In this document: piece by piece, positions 37,131 through 48,373 of the stretch
Position numbering within the stretch: the stretch's first letter is position 1
Layout: the number at the start of each line of letters is the position of its first letter
Assembly (NCBI GenBank): GCA_038496445.1
Contig: JALMLS010000155.1
Span: 124,001-188,000, forward strand
Direction: 5' to 3'
DNA: 64,000 nt
Source: Trichosphaerium sp. ATCC 40318
Taxonomy: Eukaryota; Protista; Tubulinea
Position numbers and translations under genes: made by a program
Notes under the pieces: model-generated
Databases searched by the model: none
What the model was told of the DNA's origin: nothing
What the model saw: the letters and a program-made list of their open reading frames with translations, nothing else

Positions 37131-39669
37131 ATGGGGATTTGCTCCTCATCTATGGATAGCGATTCCAGGCTAGAGAGTAGAAAAATAGACAGAAAACTAG
37201 CAAGACAACGTAGACAGATGCAAGATGTGGTGACCTTACTACTTCTCGGTACATTTTAAAAAAAAAACGTGATTACCCCTTTTTTTGTGTTATAGTAACA
37301 ACCTTCCTTTCATAATAGGTACTGGTGGTTCTGGTAAGAGTACTGTTGCAAAACAACTGCATTTAATCTTCGCTGGGGACTTTTCAAAAGATGAGCAAAA
37401 TGATTTCTTGAGGATTATACATCACAACATTATATACCTTATGAGAATGCTTGTGAAAGAACTAGAGCGTGATAATGTAAATTTACCACATAACCTAACA
37501 GTACGTACCTTAAACATATTATTCCTCTGTCAACACATCAACCTCCGGCGTTCGCACGGTATCTATTTTTGTTCGAATCATTCACCTGTCACAAACCACA
37601 CCCAACTCACAATTCATATTTTCGCGCTGTGGGTATTCAGGTGTTTATTTAAAGCGTCAATACTCCTTTTGGACGGATTGAAAATGAACAAAAATACAAA
37701 AATAATAATATGTTGCTACAGGACGACCAAAAACTTATAAGCGAATTATCTCTGCGTAGCCCTTTAACAGCAGAAGTTGCTGACGCAATAGATCGCTTAT
37801 GGAATACATTACAAGTTCAAGAAGTATTTTACGCAAAATCTTCTTTTGTGGGTCACAGGGAGGCGTGGGAATAGTACGTTATTAAGTTTATTCGAAAAAA
37901 CCATTGAAGATTTTTCATTTTTCCAAATATCACCATAAATATCACGTGATTATATTTAATTGTATTTTAACCTTTTACTAAGCTTGAGACCTCAATTGAA
38001 GACATATGCATGCAAGGATTACAAAGTAACAAAAGAAGATATATTACGAGCTAGGTACCGTTCAGTTTTTGTTTATTGAATAAGTGTGCTTTTTTGAACT
38101 ACCAATCCAGATTTTTTGCTTCTGTCGTAATCTGACGTTGTTAGACATCGAACAACCGGTGTAAGAGAAACTAGTTTTTGTTTGGACGACCTGTTGTTTA
38201 ATATAGTTGATGTTGGAGGGCAAAAAAGTGAAAGAAGGTAAATAGTTTATTTCATAATAGGAAGAAAGTTAAAGCACTTCCGAAAAGCCCATGTTCGCTA
38301 TTTTTAACGTTATTACGATAGAAAATGGTTACATTGCTTTACTGATATCACGTGCTGTATATTCTGTGTAGGAACGAGCGACTGTATCCGCCCAAATGCG
38401 TAAAAAAAAACATTTAATGTTTACATTTGGCCAACCTTTTTTTTTTTGCTTGGCTGAGCATTCTATTTTAACATCTATCCTTGACACACTAAAGATGATT
38501 TAATGTGCGAAGAAATAGCTTCTGTCAATGCCATACATGATTCGCTTAAAGTATTCGGAGATGTAGTAAACGATAAACTGCTAATAGATAAGCCTTTAAT
38601 AGTGTTTTATAACAAAGATGATATATTAAGGAAAAAAGTTCAAAAAGTCCCACTGACTGTCTGCTTTTCGGATTACAAAGGTTCGTAAAACATTGTGTTT
38701 TTATGTGTGCAAACATACATAGCTTCCCAATTTGATAGATGGGAGGTTGTTCCTTAAAAAAAAACAACTGTCAAAAAAACTCGACCGCTACGCACCAAAT
38801 ACGCGTAGACGCGAAACTAGTTTTTCTGATTTTTTGATTTTCTGATACTCTAAACCGAGTGTTGTCGTTTTGTACTGCTTTTTTCTCCCCGATAAATTGC
38901 GGCTTTACGACGAGAAAAAAGTTCCTTTTTTGGTGCAAAGTTGACAAGTCGCATTGTCGCTCTACGCCTGTTCGATTTTCAAAAAGTTTTTTTTCGTTTT
39001 TTGCGTTTTGTTTCGCTCAAAACTCTTTTCTGATACTCCCAATGCATATAATAACGCCATTATATTATTTACAGCGTATGCGTACACTTTTAGATGATTA
39101 CATCCGCTACTAATTTTGCATTCCTCCTTTTCTTCTCAAAAAAAAACCGACGCTACGCCTATTTCGGAACTTGATTTACTTCGCCGTCATATAGCCTCGG
39201 TGTCATTTTTCTTTTCTCATAAAACTCCATTAAAAAATTACTACCCAGTTCCCTTTTGTGCAATGCGAACATTACACGTGCAATTTTTTTGTTCAGAAAA
39301 AAGAGTCAATATGTCGCGCACAACCAAACTACTACCCTTTGCAAGTTCAATCTCACAGGAAAATTTTAAAAGGCCGCAAAGTATTTTTGAATTTTTTTTA
39401 TTAATTTCTCCAATATTATTCGTTGTAGCCATCCTCGCTCCTAGTAACTTACGTGTGACTATCTAGGACAACAAACATACGATGATGTGCTTTCATATAT
39501 AAAAGCTAAATACGCGGAGAGGATCCGTTCCGCTGCCAGGAAGAAGAACATTTACGAGCATGCGACATGTGCGATAGATGCTGATAATGTGAAGCTAGTA
39601 TTCGCAGTTGTGAGGAAGCAAGTATTGTCGGCGGTTCTTCAGGATGTTGGACTATCGTTCACTGTATAA
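37131..39669 (+). CDS. Heterotrimeric G-protein alpha subunit, multi-exon
   Basis: MGIC acylation motif, LLLGTGGSGKST, RHRTTG, DVGGQKSERRKW, NKDD and TCAID. Confidence 0.95.
38384..38494 (+). other. U12-type (minor spliceosome)-like intron in the G-alpha gene
   Basis: 5' GTATCC(GC). TCCTTGAC at 38478-38485 puts the branch A 10 nt from the 3' end, with no pyrimidine tract after it. Removal restores GTSDYDLMCEE. Confidence 0.6.
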
Positions 39670-41395
39670 AACAGTTTAAACAATAATGTACATTAAAAAC
39701 CATCTAGAATGATTAGCAAGAGAGCTATGAATTGTAAAACGCATTTCCTTTTTAGTCTCCTTTAAACACAAGTCCATAATTAGGAGCAAAAGTGTCGGTT
39801 ATTAGTCCATTCTTTACCTATAAATTGCAGACGTCTTAGGATACACGTAGAGTGTACGTTCCACTACATTCCATGAGGTAGTGGAAAAATAGGAAAGAAA
39901 TCTGCAACTGTTGCGGAGGATACCTTGAAAATAAAATGAGATCAATTTAAAATGGTGTATAGATACTAAGAGCGTTGGGGGGTTTTGTGGGTATTCAAAT
40001 TGAATTCCTCCGCGTGTGTGAACGGATGAGGGAACCACGTGGAATAAAAAAAGAAAAATAATTTTAAAGGGAACAGGCGGAACATGGCTATTCGCGTAGA
40101 GCAAGTGCGCCTTGCTTTACATGAACCTTTAACTACTCGCATTTTTAACATACCTTTTTCTTTACAATTTTTCGTTGATACCTTCGGAGTAGCGTGATTT
40201 TCTGTAGTTGTTCCATGCATATCCCTTTTCGTCACTGAAGGCGACTACCGTCAAAAAACAACAATCTTGCTGAGAGAGCTTAATTTGGTCTTCATAGCTT
40301 TTCATCTACGTGTCAGATAATACGTTTCTTTTCCTCCGTGAAACAAGTCACGCTGCATTTACACGTGTAATAGTGAAATAGAACATGTAAATATTATGTT
40401 ACGCAACGTTTGGGGCAAATCTATTCCCGGCAGACTAAAATCAGTGACATGCTCAATACAAAAAACTTCATTGCATGAATGCCTTATTGCACGCTATATG
40501 AATCTAAAGGATCATAATGCTATTTAGCTTTTGGACCGATGAAATAATGCCATTTGTACCGAAAAAGTGTACCCAATAACTGCATGAACGTTTCTCAACG
40601 TAAAACAATTTGTTTAACAGTCTGTGTAGTTGAGGTTGTGTTCGAAGTCTTTTCCTCTAATCTTAGGCACATCAATGACATACAGAACCTTTGCGTTCGT
40701 ACAATAAAGGTGGTATTTGAGAACGATAACAGGGCGAAAAAAGCAGTTTGGTCGAAATAAGTAGACGTGTATGACAGAAAAAAGTCTGTATGTTATATTG
40801 TCTCTAGATGATTACAGAAGCTTCAAATAGAGTTTTGAAACACGTACTTCGTCATTATTTTCTGTAAAAGGAAGTTTTACCAACCTGCGTAGTATGCAGA
40901 AAAACTTCACAAGTTACACCTGCGTACGCATCTAGACGCGTGTAAACAATGTTTATTCCTTTTCGGTAAAGGATTGAAGAGAAAAAAGAATCTTTAATGG
41001 CATACGTCTGTACACTCTTTTTTTTGATGTTTTTCTCCGTTTACCTTACAAACCAGCTATAGACTTCCCTGCTTTCTATTTTTGGAATAGAACTGTATTT
41101 GATGTTTTGAAATGTCGTTTCAAAGGGTAGCCAAAACCATATTAAAAGAAGGAGGCCATAAGCGCCGTCACACTGTGTTATATGTAACCGTAAGGTCTTT
41201 GAACAAATAGAGTTTTTAAAGTGATTTTCTTTTATTACATTTATAGTACAAGCTGTGGGTGTTTCTTGTTCTTCTTCTCTTTCCTCTCGTTTTTTTTGTT
41301 ACAGGTGAGGAACATGAAGAAAAAAAAAATGAACGGTGGAAGTGGAAGCTTTTCTTTTTTTTGTTCTCTTCTTAGGTTTCGCAAATCGAAGTAAT

Positions 41396-41729
41396 TCAAT
41401 TCATAACATAGTCTACACGCATTCGTGAATCTCGACTAACAGTTTCTAAGTGAAATGATTAGCTTCTAGCTCGGTTTTTTTCCAACGAATAAAAAAAAAC
41501 ATTTTCTCCGTTACGTACTCGTTTGTCTGTAGTTCATCATGTGTGATGTAACACAACTAGATGTTGTGGGTATGCTAAGCCATGTATTGCGAATAAAGTC
41601 TCCGCCCATTCCTTCAGTGCCAAGTATGTTTTCAAGTGCAAGGGAGGCTTCTTCTTCCTCCTTAGATGCACCTGGGCGGAATCTCCATACGGCGTATAGT
41701 GGTCTGTTATCAGCTAGGCAGAGTGACAT
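41396..41729 (-). CDS. Small 2-exon hypothetical protein (~88 aa)
   Basis: ATG ORF ends at a GTACGT donor. A GCTAAT branch and TAG acceptor near 41446 give an in-frame tail KTVSRDSRMRVDYVMN*. Confidence 0.45.
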
Positions 41730-42453
41730 GTTGCTTTGTGGTTGTGAGTTGTGATTAATGGTTTCAAAAGCGGTTGAATTATTTTTTTATGAAATTTCGC
41801 TCCATTTTTGCACTTTTCCGCTTAAAACGGTTGTATTCGAAAGATACGCCCATAGGAATAATATACACGTAAGAATATATAACATTTTCGGACCAGTGGC
41901 TGTTCCTGGAGACAGACTTCTATTTATTGCAACTTCTCACAAGAACTAGCGCAGTCGCACATAATTGTTTTTAGAACGCTGATTGCGCCATAGTCAGGCG
42001 AAACGACATTGCTATCGTTTGTATCCATATTTGGATTCAAATCTGTTATTATGTTGTTAACCAACCCATTTTTTTGAGATTAAACAATATACATACTATA
42101 TAAACAACTCTTGGTTTACCCTACTGAAAACTCATTACATTTTTTTTGAGGTGAGTTCGTTTTCTGAATTCGTAAACAAAAAGTCCAAGTAAAAATGAGG
42201 CCACAATTAATTGTTAACAATGTCTATGTGTGGTTCATATACCACTCAGATTTTCTGTTTTCTTTATTTACGTTGCATACAAGCGATACGTAGTGCACTT
42301 TTTTACGGTCGTTATTTTTTTTTTTGTGGAGTGTATTAGGTTGTCTATGTACAAGGGGAGTTTTACAAGCGCTGCATTTTGGCAGCGATTCGAGTCAAAA
42401 AGCTCGTAGTTCTGAAAAAAGGTCGTTTTTGCGTCCGTGGCTTTCTCCGTTCT

Positions 42454-45400
42454 CTACGATTCTTCCGACTTTACAAAGCGTGCTAGCGTATTAAACGGTA
42501 CAATGAGAAGGTCATATGTACCGTCTAAACGAACAATAGCTTCCGTTTGGTCAATACCCATAAGTCTAAAGGAGAATTTGTTTAGAAAAGGCGAATCCAA
42601 TGAAAAAAAGAAAGAGTAGTTCGGTTAAAGCCAAAAAAAAAACACATACCTTCCAATAGCTCCTCTGTCGTTACCTGATACAACGACAACAAAACTCTTG
42701 TTTTTAGGTACAGTCTTATCGAGTATTGTTGTAGGTACTTGTACTTCCTCACCCTTTAACAAAGACAAGTAAGCGCTATGAACGACCGAGAAAAAGAGGG
42801 AAAAAAAAGATGTTCAAGTTGGTTCACTTTAGTACAAAAATAGAAGTCAAAAAAAACAGAAAATAGGTCGCAGACCAAATGGCAGGGAAAAACGGGTACA
42901 TGTACATACGTCAAAATTAACCAAACAAGTATCACCGTCTACTTGTGAGATCACGCCGGTTGAATTTGCGAACTTTCCACCTGCAAAGTCGTTATCCGTT
43001 ATCTTGACTTCTATATTCGGTAAAACCCACGAAGCATTGCCTAGAAAATGCGTTAGAAGAAACAGGAAACAGAAGGGAAAAAAAAAAATCGGAGGGAAAG
43101 TTCCTCCCGTGAAACTTGTTGCAAATTTAGCACGTAGCTACGCTACTGGCGCTTGTAAATACGCAAGCATAAACTCACGACGGAGAAATAGCTTTTTCGA
43201 TCTACTCGAGAAAAGGCGTAAAAACGTACTTGGTGCAGCAGGTTCTATTGTGTATGCGCCTGGAGTGCTTGGTGGCATCATGCCAGGAGTGCCGGGTGTG
43301 GCAGGAACACCTTAAGAAATAAATTATTAATTTCCAATAACGTCCTTAATTCGTACCTGGTGTGCCAGGTGTCTGTGGCATCATCATACCAGGCGTGCCA
43401 GGTGTGCTAGGTATGCCCATAGGTGTTGTTGGGACCATACTGTGCATGCCGGGTGTACTTGGCATTCCAGGAGTTTGTGGCGCTCCGAAAGGAGTTGGAG
43501 GTGCGCCAGGCGTGCTTGGAGGCATCATACCAGGAGTACCAGGTGTTCGCGGTGGTAGAGAAACCATGCCGGGTGTACCAGGTGTTTGAGGTATACCTGG
43601 CGTAGAAGGGATACCAACAGGTGTGGTTGGATTGTATGACATATCTACACCAACACCAGGCGTAGCCGGTTCGCGTATAGTACCTACATGTTACATTAAT
43701 CAAAGTTGAGAAAAAATTTTCGAAAAACTAAGAAAGCAAAAAAAAAAGAACAAGTATTCAAGTCTCCTGTTCAAACTGATTTTGAACCCCCGCAGGTTCC
43801 TTTCCATTGTGTAAGCGCGCGTGTAATGAGTGCCACAGAGATTTTAAATGATTTAGAGAGAAAAAGAGAACTGGACCCGTATTTTGTTTGGCCCGCGGTT
43901 TTTTTTTGATTCACCAAATTGTACTAACCAGTCTTTTTCAACCACTTTTTGCCATTTTGTTCAATTTCAGCCATTTCTTTCATCAAAAACTTTAATTTTT
44001 TTCGCGAGTGGTGAAATTCTTCACCCTCCAAATCTCTGCTTAGAAACAAGCGTAGGTCCTCGCGCCACGTGGAAATCTGCTCGAACGTTGTACCAACGTC
44101 GTACCAGCTCGCGATTGACAGTTTGTATGGATTTTTGCATTTACGCGTATAACTCACTCCAAAAACGTTCCTTTTTCGTTTACGTGAGGACATGTTGTTG
44201 TCGTTACAAGGTAGGCCAACTTTTGCTAACAAGTACCTTTTTTGAAAGCGTTATCACTTCTGACTTAAAATACTTGTTGTAAGTTCACACTTGTAAATTT
44301 CTCCGAGTTACGCTCAACTGACCACTTAGGGCTTCTTTTTCTTACACTTCGTAACGTTTTTACAAAAAAAAAAACTAACCACAAAAAAAAAAAATTGGTG
44401 AAATTGAGACTTGGCCACTAACAGAAAACACAAAGTTTTGGTTCACGCGTGTTGTTACCAAACTCACTACTACTGCGGGGGGGAATAACAAAAATACCGA
44501 CTAAGATAATAAATTTGCGTACCTGGTGTCGTAGGAGGATACAAATAAGGATCTCCAGGCGTAGCAGGGGGTTGCTTTGTGTACAGTTAGACAAAACAAA
44601 AGAAAAAAAGTTTGCTTGGCATGTTGAATTCGTAAAATCAAACAATACGAACGAAAAGCAAAAAAGAAATGTAGCTTGGGCGTTTTGCAGTAGGAGTTAA
44701 ATCACTCATATGTGCACTGCTCAGAGAAAAAAAAAAACTCAAGAAAGTGAGGTGTACGCACATCATTATCACCTCTAGACAGTGGATATTGATTGCTTCC
44801 GTATGCGTTTGATCCAGGTGTTTCTGGTGACCGATCATCATTCCAAGACTTGGAGTGTCGTTAGTAAAATAGGAAGGGTGCTTCTCGAAAAAGCCGAATT
44901 ATTGCTGAAGGAAGAAAATTGTCGTACTCTGTCAGACATTGGGTTAGGTGTAGGCGTCTCTGAGCGCAAAGGCGTCGCGGTAGGATTCCACACATCCCTA
45001 CTTGGCGTAGATGGCGTGTGATGAACCATAGGCGTAGAAGGTCGCATTGGAGTAGCAGGAACGTTACGTCGGACTGGTGACACATCTCTATTATCTCTTC
45101 CGCTAGAACTACTTTTGCTAGCGCTTCCAGAACCGTTAATTTCTGTAACAAACCCAATTTTGACGGGAACAGTTTTGCAATTCGCGTGTAATTCGACTCT
45201 GGCTGTGGTATCATTACAGTTCTTTACAATACCTATGTATCCGCGCCAACGACCCTTACTGTACACGTATTAGTGACAAAACGTTCCCACATTTTAGTTC
45301 GTTATGCGTACTTTATCTTTACAGTTTGATGACGAAGTGGATGATCTCTAAGCGTCCTGGCGCCCTTTGGAATACCTCTTGGACCTCCACCGCCACCACG

Positions 45401-48194
45401 TGAGTTATTATTATTATCAAGGGCAGAAAATCGATTCTTTCTTTTGCCTTTTTGAGAAGTTGTCAGTACATTAATTACCTAAACTAGCACTTGGTGTACC
45501 TCCTAGCAGAGCAAGGTCCCTAGACTTTGCAGCAAAAATTCCAGAATTTTTATTTACTTCTCGGGAAAACAGGAAAACGTGTTGTCGGAATATATGTTTT
45601 ATCGTAGCAAGGATCTATAGTTGATTGGTTAATTTTCAATGCTAAAGTATAGATAAAAGCGGAATAAAATAATTATCCATATGTGCCAACGTACGCCTCC
45701 AAATTGCCCTCGTTGGACTGATACGCGATCCCCTTTGTTGATAGAGTTATTTCCGCTGTCAAGCGTAGTTGAACGCCAGTTCCAATTCTTTTTAACGACT
45801 TGCTTTAATTTAACGTCTTTAAGCTGTCCACCTGTATCAAGCACTTGGAAACCATCTCTATCAACGCGAACAATGACACCGACGTTTTGTCTAAGTACAA
45901 AGAGTAAATTAAGTGATTCGACATCACATGTTCACTGCAAAATCCGTACCCAGAGAATGTGATCATATCATGAAGTTCATACTCTCCTAGCTTAATTCTA
46001 CCAGCAGATACTTCCTCAGATCTTCTCAGATCACCGACTAACGCCTTAAATGTCTTTTTCGTTATATCAGTAAGAACTGTAGCCACCTCGCCCTCAAGTG
46101 CTACAATATGTCCTGTACTATCCTTATTAGGTCCGTCTAACACTTTAACATGGTTTCCGCGATCAAAATGTTTAGCCAATTGAGCAATAGGCAATTCCAA
46201 TGGGTCCTGGTAAAACCGTTTAGAAGTTGAGAAAGAAAGAGAAGGTAATGACAAAGGTCGTTATTTACCGTGAGCTCCTTGTGTTGTGGCATAATAACAA
46301 CAAGACCAGCAGTCTTATCAACTGACATGACCTTACCAACCAAATTCTTTAATTCACCTTCAATAACTCTAACTTTATCGTCCTTCTGGAAGTTGTGTTT
46401 TCGTGTTGATGTATTCCTTAGTGCTTCAATATCTGCACTTATTTCGTTTACATCATCATCTACCTTTTGGCTTTGAAATTTCTCAAGTTCTTTGAGTGTA
46501 GGTGTCACATCTTGCCACATGATACTCTTAATTGGGAACTCTTTGTAAAGAAATCCATTACTGTATAATTCATCGTTCCATTGATAAAACCGTTTGCCAG
46601 TTTCCTTTTGCGATATATATCTACCAGTGTCTCCCATACCATTATCCTGAATTCGAAAGTGTTAGCAAACAAAAAAAACACAGAAAATACAAGGTAGTTT
46701 TCAACAGCAACTAATCACATACACTAAGGTCGTTCTTGCTAAAGAATTTCGCAGCAGGCCGTCTAGCTTTTGTCTTTCGCTTGCGCTTACGGACTACGCG
46801 AGCTGTTTTAATTGCACCATCAACAATGTCTTGTTGTGCCTCTTCATACTGCTCGTCGTCCTTAAAAATCATAAGTTAGGAACAAAGCCTTGTTAAAGTT
46901 TTTTCTTGTGGCGCTGACACTTACCGCCATGTCCTCGTTGTGTTGCTTCCTAGTTGATCGATTGTAATCAATCCTTGGAATTATACGAATCATAGCTTTG
47001 GCAGTTGTATCTTGGAATTGCTCGACTTGTCCAAGATCGCCTTTGTACAAACCTCTCTTTAGCCTTACCCATTGTCCCTATTTTTTCGTTCAACACCAGA
47101 AATACAAATGTACAAATTAAATTAAAAAATCAAACAGCATACGTGTTTTAGCTTTGGTATACTCTGTGGAATCTTTAGCACTTCGGGCATTTGGTCTAGG
47201 CCAACTAGCTTAGGTTTACTCCAAGTTGGAGCCATTGTCAATCCTTCAAGTGCCTACACAAGGTGAGCAATAGAAACAAATTACTAAAAACCGTACAGCT
47301 GATACGTGACTCTCCCTGTGGGCTTCAATATAAATATATCCTTTAATGTGATCCAAGCAAAAAGCTGAAATAATAGGCAAGGTTATGCCTAATTGTTTCT
47401 TGTTCAGGTACTTTTGCATAATACCAACAACTAAAGCGCGCTCTTCACCAACCTTAATAATTAATTGAGTATCTCCAAAAGGTCAAGAGAGTAAAAAATA
47501 TGCGAACAAAGATAATAAATAAATAGCAATCAAACTTGAGTATAATTGTTTGGTTTATCTTTACCTTCATTTTGAGATGCCATAATTTTGGATCACGTAG
47601 CGTTGGTAATAGGGACTCTTGAGCGACGTTTGGTATTTCACCCTCAGGCATATCATATTCCTCTTCTTTATCATAGATGCTATAACGATTGGCAATACGC
47701 TCTTCGTCTATCTCACCATCGAAATACGTTTCGCGGCGCACTCTGTTTCTTCTCTTATCTAAAAAATGCATTTAACGATGTAATAGCGCAGATATGACGC
47801 CAATTACCTTGCTCAGCGATTGCCTGTAGATAATTGTCATCTGCTACTTCTTTTTCATATTGGCCTAAATTAATTCGTTAACTCTGCGCACTTGCTTTTC
47901 TGACGTTCAAAATAGCGAATAAGACCGAACTTTTCGCGTTTGACCGGTTTTTTGCAAAAAAACTGCATTTCAATCATACGCACCTGGTTTGGCCTCCTCG
48001 AAGTCATCTGCTTCCACAGCAGCGTCGTCAAAAAAATCAGCTGCTGTTTTCCTTCGCTTGGAGTCTCGTTCGTAGTCATCCTCCTCATCGTTTGAATCGA
48101 ACTCTTCGTCCTCATCCTCTGGGTCTGGTACAAAGTTTCCATCATAACCATATTCGAGGTTTGCAGCATTCAACAGGCGCTGTGTATTAGACAT
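42454..48194 (-). CDS. SPT5: Transcription elongation factor SPT5
   Basis: Acidic N-terminus (FFDDAAVEAD), LLPTLRDPKLW, NGN domain (DHIKGYIYIEAHRE), KOW motifs (GLYKGDLGQV, IPRIDY, FDRGNHVKVLDG, RVELHANCKT), T-P-rich CTR and C-terminal KOWs. Confidence 0.96.
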
Positions 48195-48373
48195 TGCGAA
48201 GGCTGTAGTGGTCCAGATATACTGCTATCAACACACGTTGACCTTGACTAGTTAATTTCTCAACCGCCGAAAAAAAAACGGTTTGTGAAACACTGCACTT
48301 TTCGCTCTTTGTTTTACTAAAAAGCCAAGACAAGGAACTGTAATAATACACTGAAAACGGTTCTGGTCGCACA

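Noticed and set aside
40150-41200. Possible minus-strand exon chain ending MKSYEDQ...GINEKL*
   Set aside because: Needs an in-frame TAA and has no clear start or homology; too weak to list.
43240-43680. GC-rich short repeats suggesting a CRISPR-like or satellite array
   Set aside because: They encode the T-P-G repeats of the SPT5 CTR, and the antisense ORFs there are shadows.
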